The translations under genes and the position numbers were made by a program. The notes below the pieces were generated by a model, which worked only from the letters and a program-made list of their open reading frames with translations, searched no databases and was not told the DNA's origin. 64,000 nt of DNA, from NCBI GenBank assembly GCA_964016885.1, contig OZ024758.1, forward strand, positions 37,510,001 to 37,574,000, written 5' to 3'. The first letter of the stretch is position 1; the number at the start of each line of letters is the position of its first letter. Below are positions 1-11,660 of the stretch, in pieces. The stretch is from Eledone cirrhosa. Taxonomy: Eukaryota.

Positions 1-3000
1 TGTTGGTGAGAATTCATTTAAGTTCATGGTACTAGCTGTCAGAAGTAACTCCAACGTTGGTGAGAATTCATTTAAGTTCATGGTATTAGCTGTCAGAAGT
101 CACTCCAATGTTGGTGAGAATTCATTTAAGTTCATGGTATTAGCTGTCAGAAGTAACTCCACTGTTGGTGAGAATTCATTTAAGTTCATGGTATTAGCTG
201 TCAGAAGTAACTCCACTGTTGGTGAGAATTCATTTAAGTTCATGGTATTAGCTGTCAGAAGGAACTCCAATGTTGGTGAGAATTCATTTAAGTTCATGGT
301 ACTAGCTGTCAGAAGTAACTCCACTGTTGGTGAGAATTCATTTAAGTTCATGGTACTAGCTGTCAGAAGTAACTCCACTGTTGGTGAGAATTCATTTAAG
401 TTCATGGTATTAGTTTGTCAGAAGTAACTCCACTGATGGTGAGAATTCATTTAAGTCATGGTATTAGTTGTCAGAAGTAACTCCACTGTTGGTGAGAATT
501 CATTTAAGTCATGGTATTAGCTGTCAGAAGTAACTCCAATGTTGGTGAGAATTCATTTAAGTTCATGGTATTAGCTGTCAGAAGTCACTCCAATGTTGGT
601 GAGAATTCATTTAAGTTCATGGTATTAGCTGTCAGAAGTAACTCCACTGTTGGTGAGAATTCATTTAAGTTCATGGTATTAGCTGTCAGAAGTAACTCCA
701 CTGTTGGTGAGAATTCATTTAAGTTCATGGTATTAGCTGTCAGAAGTAACTCCACTGTTGGTGAGAATTCATTTAAGTTCATGGTATTAGCTGTCAGAAG
801 GAACTCCAATGTTGGTGAGAATTCATTTAAGTCATGGTACTAGCTGTCAGAAGTAACTCCACTGTTGGTGAGAATTCATTTAAGTTCATGGTATTAGCTG
901 ACAGAAGGAACGCCACTGTTGGTGAGAATTCATTTAAGTTCATGGTATTAGCTGTCAGAAGTAACTCCACTGTTGGTGAGAATTCATTTAAGTTCATGGT
1001 ACTAGCTGTCAGAAGTAACTCCAATGTTGGTGAGAATTCATTTAAGTTCATGGTATTAGCTGTCAGAAGGAACTCCACTGTTGCTGAGAATTCATTTAAG
1101 TTCATGGTATTAGCTGTCAGAAGTAACTCCACTGTTGGTGAGAATTCATTTAAGTTCATGGTATTAGCTGTCAGAAGTCACTCCAATGTTGGTGAGAATT
1201 CATTTAAGTTCATGGCATTAGCTGTCAGAAGTCACTCCACTGTTGGTGAGAATTCATTTAAGTTCATGGTACTAGCTGTCCGAAGTAACCCCAACGTTGG
1301 TGAGAATTCATTTAAGTTCATGGTATTAGCTGTCAGAAGTCACTCCAATGTTGGTGAGAATTCATTTAAGTTCATGGTATTAGCTGTCAGAAGTAACTCC
1401 ACTGTTGGTGAGAATTCATTTAAGTTCATGGTATTAGCTGTCAGAAGTAACTCCACTGTTGGTGAGAATTCATTTAAGTTCATGGTATTAGCTGTCAGAA
1501 GGAACTCCACTGTTGGTGAGAATTCATTTAAGTTCATGGTACTAGCTGTCAGAAGTAACTCCACTGTTGGTGAGAATTCATTTAAGTTCATGGTATTAGT
1601 TTGTCAGAAGTAACTCCACTGTTGGTGAGAATTCATTTAAGTCATGGTATTAGTTGTCAGAAGTAACTCCAATGTTGGTGAGAATTCATTTAAGCCATGG
1701 TACTAGCTGTCAGAAGTAACTCCAATGTTGGTGAGAATTCATTTAAGTTCATGGTATTAGCTGTCAGAAGGAACTCCACTGTTGGTGAGAATTCATTTAA
1801 GTTCATGGTATTAGCTGTCAGAAGTAACTCCACTGTTGGTGAGAATTCATTTAAGTTCATGGTACTAGCTGTCAGAAGTAACTCCAATGTTGGTGAGAAT
1901 TCATTTAAGTTCATGGTATTAGCTGTCAGAAGTAACTCCACTGTTGGTGAGAGTTCATTTAAGTCATGGTATTAGCTGTCAGAAGTAACTCCAATGTTGG
2001 TGAGAATTCATTTAAGTTCATGGTATTAGCTGTCAGAAGTAACTCCACTGTTGGTGAGAATTCATTTAAGTTCATGGTATTAGCTGTCAGAAGTAACTCC
2101 ACTGTTGGTGAGAATTCATTTAAGTTCATGGTACTAGCTGTCAGAAGTAACTCCACTGTTGGTGAGAATTCATTTAAGTTCATGGTATTAGTTTGTCAGA
2201 AGTAACTCCACTGTTGGTGAGAATTCATTTAAGTTCATGGTATTAGCTGACAGAAGGAACGCCACTGTTGGTGAGAATTCATTTAAGTTCATGGTATTAG
2301 CTGTCAGAAGTAACTCCACTGTTGGTGAGAATTCATTTAAGTTCATGGTACTAGCTGTCAGAAGTAACTCCACTGTTGGTGAGAATTCATTTAAGTTCAT
2401 GGTATTAGTTTGTCGGAAGTAACTCCACTGATGGTGAGAATTCATTTAAGTCATGGTATTAGTTGTCAGAAGTAACTCCAATGTTGGTGAGAATTCATTT
2501 AAGTTCATGGTACTAGCTGTCAGAAGTAACTCCACTGTTGGTGAGAATTCATTTAAGTCATGGTATTAGCTGTCAGAAGTAACTCCAATGTTGGTGAAAA
2601 TTCATTTAAGTTCATGGTATTAGCTGTCAGAAGTCACTCCACTGTTGGTGAGAATTCATTTAAGTTCATGGTACTAGCTGTCAGAAGTAACCCCAATGTT
2701 GGTGAGAATTCATTTAAGTTCATGGTATTAGCTGTCAGAAGTCACTCCAATGTTGGTGAGAATTCATTTAAGTTCATGGTATTAGCTGTCAGAAGTAACT
2801 CCACTGTTGGTGAGAATTCATTTAAGTTCATGGTATTAGCTGTCAGAAGTAACTCCACTGTTGGTGAGAATTCATTTAAGTTCATGGTATTAGCTGTCAG
2901 AAGTAACTCCACTGTTGGTGAGAATTCATTTAAGTTCATGGTATTAGCTGTCAGAAGGAACTCCAATGTTGGTGAGAATTCATTTAAGTCATGGTACTAG

Positions 3001-6000
3001 CTGTCAGAAGTAACTCCACTGTTGGTGAGAATTCATTTAAGTTCATGGTATTAGCTGACAGAAGGAACGCCACTGTTGGTGAGAATTCATTTAAGTTCAT
3101 GGTATTAGCTGTCAGAAGTAACTCCACTGTTGGTGAGAATTCATTTAAGTTCATGGTACTAGCTGTCAGAAGTAACTCCAATGTTGGTGAGAATTCATTT
3201 AAGTTCATGGTATTAGCTGTCAGAAGGAACTCCACTGTTGCTGAGAATTCATTTAAGTTCATGGTATTAGCTGTCAGAAGTAACTCCACTGTTGGTGAGA
3301 ATTCATTTAAGTTCATGGTACTAGCTGTCAGAAGTAACTCCACTGTTGGTGAGAATTCATTTAAGTTCATGGTATTAGCTGTCAGAAGTCACTCCAATGT
3401 TGGTGAGAATTCATTTAAGTTCATGGTATTAGCTGTCAGAAGTCACTCCACTGTTGGTGAGAATTCATTTAAGTTCATGGTACTAGCTGTCCGAAGTAAC
3501 CCCAATGTTGGTGAGAATTCATTTAAGTTCATGGTATTAGCTGTCAGAAGTCGCTCCAATGTTGGTGAGAATTCATTTAAGTTCATGGTATTAGCTGTCA
3601 GAAGTAACTCCACTGTTGGTGAGAATTCATTTAAGTTCATGGTATTAGCTGTCAGAAGTAACTCCACTGTTGGTGAGAATTCATTTAAGTTCATGGTATT
3701 AGCTGTCAGAAGGAACTCCACTGTTGGTGAGAATTCATTTAAGTTCATGGTACTAGCTGTCAGAAGTAACTCCACTGTTGGTGAGAATTCATTTAAGTTC
3801 ATGGTATTAGTTTGTCAGAAGTAACTCCACTGTTGGTGAGAATTCATTTAAGTTCATGGTATTAGCTGTCAGAAGGAACTCCACTGTTGGTGAGAATTCA
3901 TTTAAGTTCATGGTATTAGCTGTCAGAAGTAACTCCACTGTTGGTGAGAATTCATTTAAGTTCATGGTATTAGCTGTCAGAAGTAACTCCACTGTTGGTG
4001 AGAATTCATTTAAGTTCATGGTACTAGCTGTCAGAAGTAACTCCACTGTTGGTGAGAATTCATTTAAGTTCATGGTATTAGTTTGTCAGAAGTAACTCCA
4101 CTGATGGTGAGAATTCATTTAAGTCATGGTATTAGTTATCAGAAGTAACTCCAATGTTGGTGAGAATTCATTTAAGTTCATGGTACTAGCTGTCAGAAGT
4201 AACTCCACTGTTGGTGAGAATTCATTTAAGTCATGGTATTAGCTGTCAGAAGTAACTCCAATGTTGGTGAGAATTCATTTAAGTTCATGGTATTAGCTCT
4301 CAGAAGTCACTCCACTGTTGGTGAGAATTCATTTAAGTTCATGGTACTAGCTGTCAGAAGTAACCCCAATGTTGGTGAGAATTCATTTAAGTTCATGGTA
4401 TTAGCTGTCAGAAGTCACTCCAATGTTGGTGAGAATTCATTTAAGTTCATGGTATTAGCTGTCAGAAGTAACTCCACTGTTGGTGAGAATTCATTTAAGT
4501 TCATGGTATTAGCTGTCAGAAGTAACTCCACTGTTGGTGAGAATTCATTTAAGTTCATGGTATTAGCTGTCAGAAGTAACTCCACTGTTGGTGAGAATTC
4601 ATTTAAGTTCATGGTATTAGCTGTCAGAAGGAACTCCAATGTTGGTGAGAATTCATTTAAGTCATGGTACTAGCTGTCAGAAGTAACTCCACTGTTGGTG
4701 AGAATTCATTTAAGTTCATGGTATTAGCTGACAGAAGGAACGCCACTGTTGGTGAGAATTCATTTAAGTTCATGGTATTAGCTGTCAGAAGTAACTCCAC
4801 TGTTGGTGAGAATTCATTTAAGTTCATGGTACTAGCTGTCAGAAGTAACTCCAATGTTGGTGAGAATTCATTTAAGTTCATGGTATTAGCTGTCAGAAGG
4901 AACTCCACTGTTGCTGAGAATTCATTTAAGTTCATGGTATTAGCTGTCAGAAGTAACTCCACTGTTGGTAAGAATTCATTTAAGTTCATGGTACTAGCTG
5001 TCAGAAGTAACTCCACTGTTGGTGAGAATTCATTTAAGTTCATGGTATTAGCTGTCAGAAGTCACTCCAATGTTGGTGAGAATTCATTTAAGTTCATGGT
5101 ATTAGCTGTCAGAAAGAACTCCACTGTTGGTGAGAATTCATTTAAGTCATGGTATTAGTTGTCAGAAGTAACTCCAATGTTGGTGAGAATTCATTTAAGC
5201 CATGGTACTAGCTGTCAGAAGTAACTCCAATGTTGGTGAGAATTCATTTAAGTTCATGGTATTAGCTGTCAGAACGAACTCCACTGTTGGTGAGAATTCA
5301 TTTAAGTTCATGGTATTAGCTGTCAGAAGTAACTCCACTGTTGGTGAGAATTCATTTAAGTTCAGGGTACTAGCTGTCAGAAGTAACTCCAATGTTGGTG
5401 AGAATTCATTTAAGTTCATGGTATTAGCTGTCAGAAGGAACTCAACTGTTGGTGAGAATTCATTTAAGTTCATGGTATTAGCTGTCAGAAGTAACTCCAC
5501 TGTTGGTGAGAATTCATTTAAGTCATGGTACTAGCTGTCAGAAGTAACTCCAATGTTGGTGAGAATTCATTTAAGTTCATGGTATTAGCTGTCAGAAGGA
5601 ACTCCACTGTTGGTGAGAATTCATTTAAGTTCATGGTATTAGCTGTCAGAAGTAACTCCACTGTTGGTGAGAATTCATTTAAGCCATGGTACTAGCTGTC
5701 AGAAGTAACTCCAATGTTGGTGAGAATTCATTTAAGTTCATGGTATTAGCTGTCAGAACGAACTCCACTGTTGGTGAGAATTCATTTAAGTTCATGGTAT
5801 TAGCTGTCAGAAGTAACTCCACTGTTGGTGAGAATTCATTTAAGTTCATGGTATTAGCTGTCAGAAGTCACTCCAATGTTGGTGAGAATTCATTTAAGTT
5901 CATGGTATTAGCTGTCAGAAGGAACTCCACTGTTGGTGAGAATTCATTTAAGTCATGGTATTAGTTTTCAGAAGTAACTCCAATGTTGGTGAGAATTCAT

Positions 6001-9000
6001 TTAAGCCATGGTACTAGCTGTCAGAAGTAACTCCAATGTTGGTGAGAATTCATTTAAGTTCATGGTATTAGCTGTCAGAACGAACTCCACTGTTGGTGAG
6101 AATTCATTTAAGTTCATGGTATTAGCTGTCAGAAATAACTCCACTGTTGGTGAGAATTCATTTAAGTTCAGGGTACTAGCTGTCAGAAGTAACTCCAATG
6201 TTGGTGAGAATTCATTTAAGTTCATGGTATTAGCTGTCAGAAGGAACTCCACTGTTGGTGAGAATTCATTTAAGTTCATGGTATTAGCTGTCAGAAGTAA
6301 CTCCACTGTTGGTGAGAATTCATTTAAGTCATGGTACTAGCTGTCAGAAGTAACTCCAATGTTGGTGAGAATTCATTTAAGTTCATGGTATTAGCTGTCA
6401 GAAGTAACTCCACTGTTGGTGAGAATTCATTTAAGTTCATGGTATTAGCTGTCAGAAGTAACTCCACTGTTGGTGAGAATTCATTTAAGTTCATGGTATT
6501 AGCTGTCAGAAGGAACTCCAATGTTGGTGAGAATTCATTTAAGTCATGGTACTAGCTGTCAGCAGTAACTCCACTGTTGGTGAGAATTCATTTAAGTTCA
6601 TGGTATTAGCTGACAGAAGGAACGCCACTGTTGGTGAGAATTCATTTAAGTTCATGGTATTAGCTGTCAGAAGTAACTCCACTGTTGGTGAGAATTCATT
6701 TAAGTTCATGGTACTAGCTGTCAGAAGTAACTCCAATGTTGGTGAGAATTCATTTAAGTTCATGGTATTAGCTGTCAGAAGTAACTCCACTGTTGGTGAG
6801 AATTCATTTAAGTTCATGGTACTAGCTGTCAGAAGTAACTCCACTGTTGGTGAGAATTCATTTAAGTTCATGGTATTAGCTGTCAGAAGTAACTCCACTG
6901 TTGGTGAGAATTCATTTAAGTTCATGGTATTAGCTGTCAGAAGTAACTCCACTGTTGGTGAGAATTCATTTAAGTTCATGGTATTAGCTGTTAGATGGAA
7001 CTCCAATGTTGGTGAGAATTCATTTAAGTCATGGTACTAGCTGTCAGAAGTAACTCCACTGTTGGTGAGAATTCATTTAAGTTCATGGTATTAGCTGTCA
7101 GAAGTCACTCCACTGTTGGTGAGAATTCATTTAAGTTCATGGTACTAGCTGTCAGAAGTAACTCCAACGTTGGTGAGAATTCATTTAAGTTCATGGTATT
7201 AGCTGTCAGAAGTCACTCCAATGTTGGTGAGAATTCATTTAAGTTCATGGTATTAGCTGTCAGAAGTAACTCCACTGTTGGTGAGAATTCATTTAAGTTC
7301 ATGGTATTAGCTGTCAGAAGTAACTCCACTGTTGGTGAGAATTCATTTAAGTTCATGGTATTAGCTGTCAGAAGGAACTCCAATGTTGGTGAGAATTCAT
7401 TTAAGTTCATGGTACTAGCTGTCAGAAGTAACTCCACTGTTGGTGAGAATTCATTTAAGTTCATGGTACTAGCTGTCAGAAGTAACTCCACTGTTGGTGA
7501 GAATTCATTTAAGTTCATGGTATTAGTTTGTCAGAAGTAACTCCACTGATGGTGAGAATTCATTTAAGTCATGGTATTAGTTGTCAGAAGTAACTCCAAT
7601 GTTGGTGAGAATTCATTTAAGTTCATGGTACTAGCTGTCAGAAGTAACTCCACTGTTGGTGAGAATTCATTTAAGTCATGGTATTAGCTGTCAGAAGTAA
7701 CTCCAATGTTGGTGAGAATTCATTTAAGTTCATGGTATTAGCTGTCAGAAGTCACTCCAATGTTGGTGAGAATTCATTTAAGTTCATGGTATTAGCTGTC
7801 AGAAGTAACTCCACTGTTGGTGAGAATTCATTTAAGTTCATGGTATTAGCTGTCAGAAGTAACTCCACTGTTGGTGAGAATTCATTTAAGTTCATGGTAT
7901 TAGCTGTCAGAAGTAACTCCACTGTTGGTGAGAATTCATTTAAGTTCATGGTATTAGCTGTCAGAAGGAACTCCAATGTTGGTGAGAATTCATTTAAGTC
8001 ATGGTACTAGCTGTCAGAAGTAACTCCACTGTTGGTGAGAATTCATTTAAGTTCATGGTATTAGCTGACAGAAGGAACGCCACTGTTGGTGAGAATTCAT
8101 TTAAGTTCATGGTATTAGCTGTCAGAAGTAACTCCACTGTTGGTGAGAATTCATTTAAGTTCATGGTACTAGCTGTCAGAAGTAACTCCAATGTTGGTGA
8201 GAATTCATTTAAGTTCATGGTATTAGCTGTCAGAAGGAACTCCACTGTTGCTGAGAATTCATTTAAGTTCATGGTATTAGCTGTCAGAAGTAACTCCACT
8301 GTTGGTGAGAATGCATTTAAGTTCATGGTATTAGCTGTCAGAAGTCACTCCAATGTTGGTGAGAATTCATTTAAGTTCATGGCATTAGCTGTCAGAAGTC
8401 ACTCCACTGTTGGTGAGAATTCATTTAAGTTCATGGTACTAGCTGTCCGAAGTAACCCCAACGTTGGTGAGAATTCATTTAAGTTCATGGTATTAGCTGT
8501 CAGAAGTCACTCCAATGTTGGTGAGAATTCATTTAAGTTCATGGTATTAGCTGTCAGAAGTAACTCCACTGTTGGTGAGAATTCATTTAAGTTCATGGTA
8601 TTAGCTGTCAGAAGTAACTCCACTGTTGGTGAGAATTCATTTAAGTTCATGGTATTAGCTGTCAGAAGGAACTCCACTGTTGGTGAGAATTCATTTAAGT
8701 TCATGGTACTAGCTGTCAGAAGTAACTCCACTGTTGGTGAGAATTCATTTAAGTTCATGGTATTAGTTTGTCAGAAGTAACTCCACTGTTGGTGAGAATT
8801 CATTTAAGTCATGGTATTAGTTGTCAGAAGTAACTCCAATGTTGGTGAGAATTCATTTAAGCCATGGTACTAGCTGTCAGAAGTAACTCCAATGTTGGTG
8901 AGAATTCATTTAAGTTCATGGTATTAGCTGTCAGAAGGAACTCCACTGTTGGTGAGAATTCATTTAAGTTCATGGTATTAGCTGTCAGAAGTAACTCCAC

Positions 9001-11660
9001 TGTTGGTGAGAATTCATTTAAGTTCATGGTACTAGCTGTCAGAAGTAACTCCAATGTTGGTGAGAATTCATTTAAGTTCATGGTATTAGCTGTCAGAAGT
9101 AACTCCACTGTTGGTGAGAGTTCATTTAAGTCATGGTATTAGCTGTCATAAGTAACTCCAATGTTGGTGAGAATTCATTTAAGTTCATGGTATTAGCTGT
9201 CAGAAGTAACTCCACTGTTGGTGAGAATTCATTTAAGTTCATGGTATTAGCTGTCAGAAGTAACTCCACTGTTGGTGAGAATTCATTTAAGTTCATGGTA
9301 CTAGCTGTCAGAAGTAACTCCACTGTTGGTGAGAATTCATTTAAGTTCATGGTATTAGTTTGTCAGAAGTAACTCCACTGTTGGTGAGAATTCATTTAAG
9401 TTCATGGTATTAGCTGACAGAAGGAACGCCACTGTTGGTGAGAATTCATTTAAGTTCATGGTATTAGCTGTCAGAAGTAACTCCACTGTTGGTGAGAATT
9501 CATTTAAGTTCATGGTACTAGCTGTCAGAAGTAACTCCACTGTTGGTGAGAATTCATTTAAGTTCATGGTATTAGTTTGTCGGAAGTAACTCCACTGATG
9601 GTGAGAATTCATTTAAGTCATGGTATTAGTTGTCAGAAATAACTCCAATGTTGGTGAGAATTCATTTAAGTTCATGGTACTAGCTGTCAGAAGTAACTCC
9701 ACTGTTGGTGAGAATTCATTTAAGTCATGGTATTAGCTGTCAGAAGTAACTCCAATGTTGGTGAAAATTCATTTAAGTTCATGGTATTAGCTGTCAGAAG
9801 TCACTCCACTGTTGGTGAGAATTCATTTAAGTTCATGGTACTAGCTGTCAGAAGTAACCCCAATGTTGGTGAGAATTCATTTAAGTTCATGGTATTAGCT
9901 GTCAGAAGTCACTCCAATGTTGGTGAGAATTCATTTAAGTTCATGGTATTAGCTGTCAGAAGTAACTCCACTGTTGGTGAGAATTCATTTAAGTTCATGG
10001 TATTAGCTGTCAGAAGTAACTCCACTGTTGGTGAGAATTCATTTAAGTTCATGGTATTAGCTGTCAGAAGTAACTCCACTGTTGGTGAGAATTCATTTAA
10101 GTTCATGGTATTAGCTGTCAGAAGGAACTCCAATGTTGGTGAGAATTCATTTAAGTCATGGTACTAGCTGTCAGAAGTAACTCCACTGTTGGTGAGAATT
10201 CATTTAAGTTCATGGTATTAGCTGACAGAAGGAACGCCACTGTTGGTGAGAATTCATTTAAGTTCATGGTATTAGCTGTCAGAAGTAACTCCACTGTTGG
10301 TGAGAATTCATTTAAGTTCATGGTACTAGCTGTCAGAAGTAACTCCAATGTTGGTGAGAATTCATTTAAGTTCATGGTATTAGCTGTCAGAAGGAACTCC
10401 ACTGTTGCTGAGAATTCATTTAAGTTCATGGTATTAGCTGTCAGAAGTAACTCCACTGTTGGTGAGAATTCATTTAAGTTCATGGTACTAGCTGTCAGAA
10501 GTAACTCCACTGTTGGTGAGAATTCATTTAAGTTCATGGTATTAGCTGTCAGAAGTCACTCCAATGTTGGTGAGAATTCATTTAAGTTCATGGTATTAGC
10601 TGTCAGAAGTCACTCCACTGTTGGTGAGAATTCATTTAAGTTCATGGTACTAGCTGTCCGAAGTAACCCCAATGTTGGTGAGAATTCATTTAAGTTCATG
10701 GTATTAGCTGTCAGAAGTCACTCCAATGTTGGTGAGAATTCATTTAAGTTCATGGTATTAGCTGTCAGAAGTAACTCCACTGTTGGTGAGAATTCATTTA
10801 AGTTCATGGTATTAGCTGTCAGAAGTAACTCCACTGTTGGTGAGAATTCATTTAAGTTCATGGTATTAGCTGTCAGAAGGAACTCCACTGTTGGTGAGAA
10901 TTCATTTAAGTTCATGGTACTAGCTGTCAGAAGTAACTCCACTGTTGGTGAGAATTCATTTAAGTTCATGGTATTAGTTTGTCAGAAGTAACTCCACTGT
11001 TGGTGAGAATTCATTTAAGTTCATGGTATTAGCTGTCAGAAGGAACTCCACTGTTGGTGAGAATTCATTTAAGTTCATGGTATTAGCTGTCAGAAGTAAC
11101 TCCACTGTTGGTGAGAATTCATTTAAGTTCATGGTATTAGCTGTCAGAAGTAACTCCACTGTTGGTGAGAATTCATTTAAGTTCATGGTACTAGCTGTCA
11201 GAAGTAACTCCACTGTTGGTGAGAATTCATTTAAGTTCATGGTATTAGTTTGTCAGAAGTAACTCCACTGATGGTGAGAATTCATTTAAGTCATGGTATT
11301 AGTTATCAGAAGTAACTCCAATGTTGGTGAGAATTCATTTAAGTTCATGGTACTAGCTGTCAGAAGTAACTCCACTGTTGGTGAGAATTCATTTAAGTCA
11401 TGGTATTAGCTGTCAGAAGTAACTCCAATGTTGGTGAGAATTCATTTAAGTTCATGGTATTAGCTCTCAGAAGTCACTCCACTGTTGGTGAGAATTCATT
11501 TAAGTTCATGGTACTAGCTGTCAGAAGTAACCCCAATGTTGGTGAGAATTCATTTAAGTTCATGGTATTAGCTGTCAGAAGTCACTCCAATGTTGGTGAG
11601 AATTCATTTAAGTTCATGGTATTAGCTGTCAGAAGTAACTCCACTGTTGGTGAGAATTCA
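1..11660 (+). repeat. Block duplication, offset 7167 bp (about 480-4490 vs 7650-11660; offset 7113 for 1-480)
   Basis: ORF starts 511/7678, 834/8001, 1697/8864, 2237/9404, 2560/9727, 2991/10158, 3856/11023 and 4233/11400 all differ by 7167. Shared rare variants include GGCATTAG, TGTCGGAAG, GTGAAAATT, GTTATC and GCTCTC. Confidence 0.92.
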
